Positions 1-6,814 of a stretch of 64,000 bases of DNA are shown here, one piece after another. Under the pieces are notes generated by a model. That model did no database searches. It saw only the letters and a list, made by a program, of their open reading frames with translations, and was not told where the DNA came from. A program made the translations under genes and the position numbers. How positions within the stretch are numbered: the stretch's first letter is position 1; each line of letters opens with the position of its first letter. This DNA is from Verrucomicrobiota bacterium (GTDB lineage Bacteria; Verrucomicrobiota; Kiritimatiellia; RFP12; UBA1067): NCBI GenBank assembly GCA_023269675.1, contig JAHFSX010000020.1, forward strand, positions 6,550-70,549, read 5' to 3'.

Positions 1-237
1 CATGATTGTTGTATGCGATGCAAGTTGCTCTTGAACTTGCTCAAACGCTCCGATTTGTCTGTGAAACTCTCCAATAAACTCAGCCCCAAAATCGGGATAT
101 GGATATGAAAGAACGCCCGATATTTCGTCAATGCGACAGGGGACGTTGGACAGAGATACAGACAACCCTTGAAAGTTGCCTCGAAGTGTTCCAAGAGTCG
201 TCGACTGCCATTTCCGTTTTTCAAATAATCCGAACAT
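1..237 (-). CDS. Hypothetical protein, N-terminal 79 codons only (runs off left edge)
   Basis: Own translation of minus strand: ATG at 237-235, open to position 1 (MFGLFEKRKWQSTTLGTLRGNFQGLSVSL...). Absent from ORF track because there is no stop in the window. Lies in a low-GC block. Confidence 0.35.
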   Translation of the reverse strand, partial: MFGLFEKRKWQSTTLGTLRGNFQGLSVSLSNVPCRIDEISGVLSYPYPDFGAEFIGEFHRQIGAFEQVQEQLASHTTIM

Positions 238-275
238 TGTTCTTATCCCTAACGTTGGTGGTGGGGGACGGCGCG

Positions 276-785
276 TCAGCGACGTTCCTCTCCAGCATCT
301 GGTTCGCTATTTGTTGTGTTCGGTCTTAGTTGTCGGTGTTCTCTCTCTAATCGGGCTTTGAGCGTGTATGCCTCATCTCGGGGGTATTTGCCTGTCAAAG
401 GGGTGTGCCAGAATCTGCCAGACGCATGCCGAGGGTTCCCCGTAATGTCATCTCGATGGTATGAATGCGTCAATTTAGAAGCGACATTTGTACCTACAAA
501 TATAGCAGCAGCGACAATACCTCTCAGCAACCATGGGTGACCCCGAAACACCCACGGCAGACTTGCAGTTAGAACGCCAGTGGTAACAATAACGCTCAGC
601 GGTGTACCTCCTTCATCGCATTTGTGCGAACCACACATGAACATGGTGAACGCGGTGAGGGTGAACAGCATGACTGAACTTACGGTCAATGCCATTAATC
701 CAGACGACCGCTGAATATGCGATGTCGCAACGACCAAAATGAAACTGGTCCAAAGGATGAGTAACATTATAAAGAACATTGGCAT
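276..785 (-). CDS. Hypothetical integral membrane protein (about 4 TM helices)
   Basis: 169-aa ORF with hydrophobic stretches MFFIMLLILWTSFILVVA, LMALTVSSVMLFTLTAFTMFM, VIVTTGVLTASLPWVF and IVAAAIFVGTNVA. Same strand and low-GC block as its neighbours. Confidence 0.5.
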   Translation of the reverse strand: MPMFFIMLLILWTSFILVVATSHIQRSSGLMALTVSSVMLFTLTAFTMFMCGSHKCDEGGTPLSVIVTTGVLTASLPWVFRGHPWLLRGIVAAAIFVGTNVASKLTHSYHRDDITGNPRHASGRFWHTPLTGKYPRDEAYTLKARLEREHRQLRPNTTNSEPDAGEERR

Positions 786-812
786 TTTGAATTTCGATCT
801 TTCAAGTTTTGT

Positions 813-873
813 GGCGAACGTCGGGAATCACCTGTGAGTACTCGAAACAGGTGCATTCCCTTGTTCGCCTTTT
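813..873. other. Long imperfect hairpin between lipoprotein and membrane-protein genes
   Basis: GGCGAAC-gtc-GGGAATCACCTGT-11 nt-ACAGGTGCATTCCC-tt-GTTCGCC, followed by TTTT on the + strand. Confidence 0.4.
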
Positions 874-915
874 GGTTGCTCTATTGTTGGACATGTCTCA
901 CTGTTTGGGCAGAAA

Positions 916-1326
916 CTACTCTCCATCGCTCGCTTGATTCGATACCGCGTTTGTCGCCGGGGTGAAGAAACGGGTCAAATCTTTCTCTGAAGCATCCAAA
1001 AGATACCGAACGTCTGGAATATCGAGGAGTCCGTTTTCGTTTTGCCAGACAGATTGCTCCGGCGATCGTCTCAAAAGGACGCGCCCATTCCACGTGGCTT
1101 CCCAGTGATTCGGGATGTTGTGCTCAATCTCCACGAAGGCTGTGACATACTCGTTCGTTCCGCGTTTGAATAGTGCAAGATCGCGAATGTTGTATACTCT
1201 AACACCCCACTTGCCAAGAATGATCCTCTCTACAGAGGGGGCAAGTTTGACGCAGCTCCGTTGATAAGGCGTCGTCTCGCATCCAGTCAGGATGACGATA
1301 AACAGCATTGCCAGCAGTTGTTTCAT
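916..1326 (-). CDS. Hypothetical lipoprotein
   Basis: 136 aa. N-terminus MKQLLAMLFIVILTGC is a signal peptide with lipobox L-T-G-C. GAGGA sits 6 nt upstream of the ATG. Confidence 0.7.
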   Translation of the reverse strand: MKQLLAMLFIVILTGCETTPYQRSCVKLAPSVERIILGKWGVRVYNIRDLALFKRGTNEYVTAFVEIEHNIPNHWEATWNGRVLLRRSPEQSVWQNENGLLDIPDVRYLLDASEKDLTRFFTPATNAVSNQASDGE

Positions 1327-2133
1327 TCCTTGTCCTCAAAATGGGGCGAACGTTTTCTGGCTGGCTGAGCCAATTGCTGGCTACTGGATCGACCATGCAT
1401 CGACTTTTTCACATATCGGTTCACAAATCAAGTCGTATATGATGCGCGGCATCATGTCCTGACACAATTCATGCTGTTTCCCTATATCAGGGACCTGCGG
1501 CCTAACATGAGACCGGGACGGCCCCGGCTTCGCGGATACGCTCAGCCGGGGCCGTTTTGCATGCTGCGCATGGTGCGCCCCGCGCGTCCCTTCGGGGATC
1601 GGCACAGGCTTTTCGCATTCCGCTCAAAACCCCCGTCACCAAGGCCGGCACGATACACCGCCGTGTCCGCCTCCTCAGCCGCTCCCGGAACCCGACGCCG
1701 CGCCGGTTGCAGCGGTCACGCCAACGCTTCGGCTACTCGCGCCGGGCGGGTACGCCCTTTGTCATGCCCGTTGCCGACGGCGCGCCTGATCGGCAGGCGT
1801 CCGGTCATCCGTTCCTCCTGCCCGGACGCTTCCCCGTTCCCCAGGGTCCCGTCCGCGCCCTCACCGTCCTGTCTGCAATCTCGTGGCTTACAACGCAACT
1901 GCCCTGTCCTTTAGCCATCATCGCGAATACACAGGCGAGGATGATGGCGAAAGGAAGGGCAGCGTTATGAGTCAGCCACTTTACAGATTGCAGAGCAGGG
2001 CCGGTTTGAGTTCGGCGTCCACCGCGGCGGGTGCCGCGAGTGAGGAATCCGGACTCAGTCAGAGCAGACGTTTTGTCACACCTTCCCTGCCCCCGGCTCC
2101 ATCGTCGCCGCCATCCCCCGCTTTCCCTCTCCC

Positions 2134-2160
2134 ATCATGTGAATCATGTAAATCATGTCA
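2134..2160 (+). repeat. Three perfect tandem 9-mers ATCATGTNA upstream of the first gene of the + operon
   Basis: ATCATGTGA ATCATGTAA ATCATGTCA. The last copy ends 25 nt before the ATG at 2186. Confidence 0.9.
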
Positions 2161-2185
2161 AATAACCCCAGAAAGGACCGCCACC

Positions 2186-2473
2186 ATGAACAGCTACGCC
2201 GAAACCACCCTGCGCGCCCTCGCCGCACAGACCCGCCGCACACCCTACGAGATCCAGACCCTTCTGGCGCTCATCGCCCAGCGCGACGCCGAGACCGTCC
2301 CCGAAGGCCGCAAATACGCCCTCGCCAACGGAGGAGAGCCCGCGACCGAAGCGGAACTGACCTACCTCGCCCGCCTCTGCCGCAACTGCCCGCCCATCCC
2401 CGTTGACCGCCCGCCCGATCCGGCCGACTTCAACGACTGGGAAGCCCGCTGCCCCCACGCCGACCACCTCTGA
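2186..2473 (+). CDS. Hypothetical small protein (95 aa)
   Basis: Internal ATG of ORF 1883..2473, preceded by cAGAAAGGaCCGCCaccATG, the same SD context as downstream genes. Third-position GC becomes very high only from 2186 onward. Confidence 0.65.
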   Translation: MNSYAETTLRALAAQTRRTPYEIQTLLALIAQRDAETVPEGRKYALANGGEPATEAELTYLARLCRNCPPIPVDRPPDPADFNDWEARCPHADHL

Positions 2474-2479
2474 CACCCA

Positions 2480-2520
2480 GCGCCCGCCCGTGGGCCAGGT
2501 ACGCGGGCAGAAAGGCCACC
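2480..2520 (+). repeat. Intercistronic hairpin+SD unit, copy R1
   Basis: GCGCCCGCCCGTGGGCcaggtACGCGGGCAGAAAGGCCACC-ATG. Stem GCCCGC/GCGGGC. Starts 6 nt after the upstream TGA. Confidence 0.85.
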
Positions 2521-2724
2521 ATGAACACCATGCTCACCACCCTCGGAGCGCAAGCCGAATTCACCCAGACATGGAACGCCCTGCAGGCTTGGCTGGAGGA
2601 AGTCAACATGCTCGCCCACCGGCACCACCCGAACCGGACCCAAACGCTGGAAGCCGTCAGCATCTCCAAGCACCTGCTCGACAAGCTGGGCAACCAGATC
2701 GACCAAGCCATCACCGCCGACTGA
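2521..2724 (+). CDS. Hypothetical small protein (67 aa)
   Basis: ORF track. High GC3. Preceded by R1 SD. Confidence 0.7.
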   Translation: MNTMLTTLGAQAEFTQTWNALQAWLEEVNMLAHRHHPNRTQTLEAVSISKHLLDKLGNQIDQAITAD

Positions 2725-2728
2725 TCCC

Positions 2729-2770
2729 GGCGCCCGCCCGTGGGCATCGTTCGCGGGCAGAAAGGCCGCC
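2729..2770 (+). repeat. Intercistronic hairpin+SD unit, copy R2
   Basis: GGCGCCCGCCCGTGGGCatcgtTCGCGGGCAGAAAGGCCGCC-ATG. Confidence 0.85.
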
Positions 2771-3157
2771 ATGAAAAAGAGACAGCACACCGTCACCCTG
2801 CCGCCCGCCGAGCCCGAGATCCCCGCCGTCGAACTCGAATCCGCGACGACCCAGCCCGACCGGCACGAGACCGCCACCCGCGAGGAAGCCATGCTGATCG
2901 CCCTCGACTTCGTGCGCAGCTACGCCAACCACTGGGAACAGCCCGCCGCCGAGATCATCACCACCTTCGCGCAGACGGAAGGCGGATACTGCGGCACCGG
3001 CGTCAGCTACGCCTACAAACGCCGCGGCTTCTTCGTGGGCACCTTCGTCACCCTCAGCAAACCCGAGGAAATCCCCGGCGTGTTTTTCTTCCCGTGGGCC
3101 GAAGTCAAAGCCGCCGCCCTCACCGGAGCCGTCCAAGGCGAATTCAACCTCAGGTGA
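2771..3157 (+). CDS. Hypothetical protein (128 aa)
   Basis: ORF track. High GC3. Its first ~17 codons are duplicated at 4583. Confidence 0.7.
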   Translation: MKKRQHTVTLPPAEPEIPAVELESATTQPDRHETATREEAMLIALDFVRSYANHWEQPAAEIITTFAQTEGGYCGTGVSYAYKRRGFFVGTFVTLSKPEEIPGVFFFPWAEVKAAALTGAVQGEFNLR

Positions 3158-3159
3158 CT

Positions 3160-3191
3160 GAGCGCCCGCCCCCGGGCAGACCGGAGCCGCC
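3160..3191 (+). repeat. Intercistronic hairpin+SD unit, shortened variant R3
   Basis: GAGCGCCCGCCCCCGGGCAGACCGGAGCCGCC-ATG. Stem GCCCG/CGGGC. Confidence 0.7.
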
Positions 3192-3737
3192 ATGAAACAC
3201 ACCAACCAAGAGCAAAAGGCGATCGAAGCCGCACGCGCCGCCGAGGATCTTCCCGACGCCGAATATGACGCGATCCGCAAGACCCCAAGCCAACAGCGCA
3301 CCATCCCCCAGCGCCGCGCCCTGCTGGCAAGCGACCTGAAACGCGCCGGCCAGACGTTCGAGGACCGGGAACGCTCCAACGACCTTTACCGCCACTACCT
3401 GAAGACCGGCGACCGCGCCGAGGCCCGCTGGCATGCCCCTTCCCCGCTCCTGACCTCGACCGCCGCGATCCGCCGCGAACTGGTGGAAGCCTGGAAAGAC
3501 CTGACCCAGTTCGACGCTATGCCCTTCGCCCCCCACGTCAGCCATGAACCCAAACGCTGGCTCAAGTCCGAACGCTTTCACCGCCTCATGGAGATCCAGC
3601 GCGAGATCGAGCGCCAAGGCGGAAAAGTGCGGTATGTCCAACGCACCACCCGACAGGAAGCCATCTACGCCCGCATCATCGCTAGCGACCAACCCAAGAA
3701 CAAACACGAACCCCAGCAGATACCGCTGGGCATCTGA
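3192..3737 (+). CDS. Hypothetical protein (181 aa)
   Basis: ORF track. High GC3. Operon context. Confidence 0.7.
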   Translation: MKHTNQEQKAIEAARAAEDLPDAEYDAIRKTPSQQRTIPQRRALLASDLKRAGQTFEDRERSNDLYRHYLKTGDRAEARWHAPSPLLTSTAAIRRELVEAWKDLTQFDAMPFAPHVSHEPKRWLKSERFHRLMEIQREIERQGGKVRYVQRTTRQEAIYARIIASDQPKNKHEPQQIPLGI

Positions 3738-3749
3738 AAGGAAACGACC

Positions 3750-3944
3750 ATGAACGCGATCATCAGTTATTACTCCTACAGTGAGGAAGGACTGAAAAAC
3801 GGGTCCTTCGCCAGCCGCTCGAAATACGGCCTCGGCCTGTTCACCCTGGGCGACTTCGTGGGCATGATCGAGACCGTGCCCGCAGGCTGGACCCAATACG
3901 ACACGGCCACCGCCCAGAGCCTCATCCCCGATTGCTGCCACTGA
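3750..3944 (+). CDS. Hypothetical small protein (64 aa)
   Basis: ORF track. GAAAGGAAACGACC-ATG SD context 12 nt after the previous stop. Confidence 0.6.
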   Translation: MNAIISYYSYSEEGLKNGSFASRSKYGLGLFTLGDFVGMIETVPAGWTQYDTATAQSLIPDCCH

Positions 3945-3949
3945 AAACC

Positions 3950-3980
3950 GACGCCCGCCCGTGGGCATCGTACGCGGGCC
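3950..3980 (+). repeat. Intercistronic hairpin unit R5 (no intact downstream gene)
   Basis: GACGCCCGCCCGTGGGCatcgtACGCGGGC, then a divergent sequence and a C10 tract. Confidence 0.8.
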
Positions 3981-4010
3981 GTCCCGTTATGTCCGTTCAT
4001 CCCCCCCCCC

Positions 4011-4040
4011 AAAAATCCGGCGCGCCCGCGGGGGCGCGCC
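4011..4040 (-). terminator. Rho-independent terminator of the Cys-rich gene
   Basis: GGCGCGCCC-gcgg-GGGCGCGCC 9-bp GC stem, followed on the minus strand by GGATTTTT. Confidence 0.65.
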
Positions 4041-4095
4041 GATCAACCCCGCCGCTCGTCGCGCTAACGTCTCGCGCCGGGTCCCGGCAAACGAT

Positions 4096-4332
4096 TCAAA
4101 GCCCGTGTTTTTTGTAAAGCTCAAGCCGCGTGGGGCACTTGCAGTAACGGGCGCCTCCGAAGGACTCCCTGTAAGGACACCGCGAGCCGGCCGGGCATTT
4201 GATGAAAAGGAGCTCCTTTCCGACATAATAATCGACCGTGCAGATGCATTTCCCGTCGCCCTTAAGGCACGCGAAATCCTTGTCACATCGCGTCGTCGCC
4301 CGCAAAGCCTGTTCGCTCACCTCGATGGCCAT
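4096..4332 (-). CDS. Small cysteine-rich protein (78 aa, 8 Cys), probably metal-binding
   Basis: MAIEVSEQALRATTRCDKDFACLKGDGKCICTVDYYVGKELLFIKCPAGSRCPYRESFGGARYCKCPTRLELYKKHGL. Has an SD-like GGGGGTG, plus its own promoter and terminator. Confidence 0.7.
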   Translation of the reverse strand: MAIEVSEQALRATTRCDKDFACLKGDGKCICTVDYYVGKELLFIKCPAGSRCPYRESFGGARYCKCPTRLELYKKHGL

Positions 4333-4434
4333 AAATCACCCCCGTCAATCACGAGTACAACAACATGTCTGGGCATTGATGTATCTGCAAACCAGAGGCT
4401 CAAAAAACCTGATTTAACCATATGTTTGGCATGT

Positions 4435-4462
4435 ATTATGCGGGGGGGGGTAAAATTGTCAA
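4435..4462 (-). promoter_or_regulatory. Sigma-70-like promoter TTGACA-N16-CATAAT with a C9 tract in the spacer
   Basis: Minus strand reads TTGACA(4462-4457)-attttaCCCCCCCCCg-CATAAT(4440-4435), about 100 nt upstream of the ATG at 4332. Confidence 0.6.
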
Positions 4463-4538
4463 CGGCTTATTTTATACGCCAAGTGCCTGATCGACAAGAA
4501 AGGCGAGTCGCGCGACAACGCCGCGCGGCAGCAAAGCC

Positions 4539-4582
4539 CCGCGCCCGACCGTGGGCCGGGTACGCGGGCAGATCGGACCGCC
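4539..4582 (+). repeat. Intercistronic hairpin+SD unit, copy R6
   Basis: CCGCGCCCGACCGTGGGCcgggtACGCGGGCAGATCGGACCGCC-ATG. Confidence 0.8.
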
Positions 4583-4738
4583 ATGAAAAAGAGACAGCAC
4601 ACCGTCACCCTGCCGGCAGTCGAGCCCGAGCCCGCCCTTTCTTTTCGCCCCCCAAAACGGTGCGCCTGCAGGGGTTCGCCATACTCGTTTGGATGGCTTA
4701 TAAACAGGTTATGCGCACACACACCAGAAGTAAACTAG
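4583..4738 (+). pseudogene. Truncated duplicate of the 5' end of gene 2771..3157
   Basis: ATGAAAAAGAGACAGCACACCGTCACCCTGCCG is identical to 2771-2803 (MKKRQHTVTLP). It diverges after ~17 codons and stops after 51 codons. Confidence 0.6.
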
Positions 4739-4814
4739 TTCTTGCCGGAAGACTGACCTCGAGTAAGTTTGTCTTCAACACCGGTATCTCTTAGGTTATG
4801 TTAAGTAATAGAAA

Positions 4815-5231
4815 TCAAGAAAAGGTGAACAATGCGTTCGAACTGCTTCCACAGATTTTCAACTCCAAGTTTTTAAGAAAATTCATTCCCAAGATCATAG
4901 AGTTGTTTGCCATTTTTACATTAGCAGGAGGGCCAAACTGCACACTTCCATTAACCCAATATATCTTTTTATGGCCAACGAACCTGCTGACAGCAAAAAG
5001 CACATCAATGCTATTCGACCCATTATTAGGCGATGGTAAACCGACCACGCCAGCCCATTGTGTCTGAATATGGTTATACGGAGTACAAGAAAAAAAAACC
5101 GTTTCTTGAAAGTAACTAACGGCAACAGGTTTTGACGTGTTATATGTGCTTGGAAGACAGGCGATACTCAATCGTATAGGAGCAATAGTATATTCGCTAG
5201 TCCTTAAATTCACACTCAACTTTTTAAACAT
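4815..5231 (-). CDS. Hypothetical protein (138 aa), second gene of low-GC cassette; possible degenerate retropepsin-like fold
   Basis: Start chosen at MFKKLSV because of GGAGAGAACG-ATG. The C-terminal motif ILGMNFL resembles the (I/L)LG(M/R)(D/N)(F/L)L motif of clan AA aspartic peptidases. No D(T/S)G triplet is seen. Confidence 0.55.
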   Translation of the reverse strand: MFKKLSVNLRTSEYTIAPIRLSIACLPSTYNTSKPVAVSYFQETVFFSCTPYNHIQTQWAGVVGLPSPNNGSNSIDVLFAVSRFVGHKKIYWVNGSVQFGPPANVKMANNSMILGMNFLKNLELKICGSSSNALFTFS

Positions 5232-5275
5232 CGTTCTCTCCGATTCCCGCCACGCCAACACCCCAGAATAATACC

Positions 5276-6232
5276 TTAAAGACCAGCATTCGTTACGTAA
5301 CAATCTTTGGTTGGTTTCAATTCTGTTCTGTCCAACTTAATAAATAATTGGCTCCAATCGGGCGCAGATTCTATGATACCCGCTTCCGTTACTGCTACGA
5401 CACTACCCTGATATTTTTTACATATGTCTTTCGTCCGATTACGTTGCCACCATAAAGCACCCATATCCGCAGGAGAGTGTTGGTCAAAAAAGACTCCATT
5501 AAATGATGAGTCAGTTCTCCATTCATCAAAGTCACTCAGGGAAGTCGCTATGTGACCGTCTGCCATTTGTTTAATCTGTGATGCGTAAAAAAGCGCTATC
5601 GATTTTCGCGAGGAAACAAAAACGCGACGTCTGATAGCTTGTTGTTCTTGGTGGTCTTCTTCGAAAGACAACTCGGCCGTCATTTTCTCGTCTTTAGTAA
5701 AGATTACCGATACAAAGTGTAAGGGCTCTCGGTCGCCGATGTTGATAACAACGCCTTTATCTGGGTGAGATAGCAATTTTTCTGCAAACGGATTGCCAGC
5801 AGCATCTTTCATGATCCTGGTCGAAGATGTAACAAGAAATCTGAATGAAGGTTCACTCAGACGTTCTTCGATCAGTTGAAGCGCCCTCTTTGTAAGAAAA
5901 ACGTCCTTGTGGAATGAGCCCACGTTTAAGAACAGAAAACTGTTTGGCTTGGAAAGACAATTTTCAACGTAGGCGGTTCTCTCTTCAGGGCCTTCCAGTT
6001 CAATCCTCAACTCATTTCCTTCAGCGAGTTCATTCGATCGAAGCTTGGACTCAATCTTATCCCAGTCGCTATCTGTTTTTGGAGAAAGATTGATTTTCCG
6101 ACGTTCAAAAAAGACGCTATATTTTTGTGCCGATGGCTCGGTAACCCTTTTTGACGAACTTCGCTGAAGCACGCGCACAAAGCCTTCTAGCTTCTGGCGA
6201 TAACAATCGATCTCCATCATGCGTAACTCCAT
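5276..6232 (-). CDS. Hypothetical protein (318 aa), first gene of low-GC cassette
   Basis: ORF track. Strong SD GAGGAGGGAGTC-ATG. I recognise no family. Confidence 0.7.
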   Translation of the reverse strand: MELRMMEIDCYRQKLEGFVRVLQRSSSKRVTEPSAQKYSVFFERRKINLSPKTDSDWDKIESKLRSNELAEGNELRIELEGPEERTAYVENCLSKPNSFLFLNVGSFHKDVFLTKRALQLIEERLSEPSFRFLVTSSTRIMKDAAGNPFAEKLLSHPDKGVVINIGDREPLHFVSVIFTKDEKMTAELSFEEDHQEQQAIRRRVFVSSRKSIALFYASQIKQMADGHIATSLSDFDEWRTDSSFNGVFFDQHSPADMGALWWQRNRTKDICKKYQGSVVAVTEAGIIESAPDWSQLFIKLDRTELKPTKDCYVTNAGL

Positions 6233-6310
6233 GACTCCCTCCTCTCGAATTCCAGTCGCAACTATCCTAGCTGTCCTGCCGAAGAGGCAACGTCATCTTC
6301 ATGCGGGGAT

Positions 6311-6340
6311 AGAATATCCCCCCCCGTGCTTCGAATGCAA
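6311..6340 (-). promoter_or_regulatory. Sigma-70-like promoter TTGCAT-N18-TATTCT with a G8 tract in the spacer
   Basis: Minus strand reads TTTTTTTTg-TTGCAT(6340-6335)-tcgaagcacGGGGGGGGa-TATTCT(6316-6311), about 80 nt upstream of the ATG at 6232. Confidence 0.55.
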
Positions 6341-6780
6341 CAAAAAAAACCAGCTTCATAATGTTGCCCATAGATGGAAACGTGCTTATGAAGAAGTGTG
6401 TGCCGGAAATAGTGGCATTGTTGTGTAAGTCTTGTGTGGTGAGTGTTGCGGATCAACAATTGTACTGTTTAAGGCATAACAGTAGTCATAATCTCTCTCA
6501 ACATGCCGTCCCTTTCCAGACATCCTCCGCCTTATCGGCAGGCGTTATTGAGAATCTCCGATTGACAACAGAACCGTAGCAAACTTTACTCCCCTGCTTC
6601 AAGCGTATATTTTGGTGTTTTTTCCCCAGGGATTGATACCGAATTGAATAGGTGAAGTTCCTATAGGTCGGAGGGGTGGCATACAAATCTGTTGATCTGA
6701 GTAGAGGGTGATTAGGGGGACGTATCACGGAAAAACGGACAAACAGGTTAGCTAATCCGTCCTCTCCCCCCCCCATACCG

Positions 6781-6814
6781 CACTAACGCAATAACGCACT
6801 AACGAACTTCTTCC
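6781..6814 (-). repeat. AT-rich octamer array at gene 3' end (island copy 1)
   Basis: + strand CACTAACG CAATAACG CACTAACG AACTTCTTCC. Encodes the tail KKFVSALLR* of the ASCH gene. Confidence 0.85.

Noticed and set aside
1490-2130. Genes in the GC-rich 640-bp block left of the + operon (track ORFs 1471..1914, 1557..1970, 1716..1898)
   Set aside because: These are overlapping Arg/Pro-rich ORFs in several frames with no SD or consistent codon bias. The block is treated as non-coding.
1883-2185. N-terminal extension of the first + operon gene (track ORF 1883..2473, or the start at 1967 with a good SD)
   Set aside because: Third-position GC is low and mixed before 2186 and very high after it. 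The extension is Ser/Pro low-complexity and would translate the 9-mer iterons.
2727-4633. Diversity-generating retroelement (template/variable repeat pair)
   Set aside because: There is no reverse transcriptase in the window. Differences between the two about 95-nt copies are not adenine-specific. The repeat covers an intergenic hairpin plus a gene start.
3961-4794. 277-aa + strand ORF spanning the Cys-rich gene region
   Set aside because: It is antisense to a gene that has its own promoter, SD and terminator. It crosses homopolymer tracts and GC-composition boundaries and has a basic low-complexity sequence.
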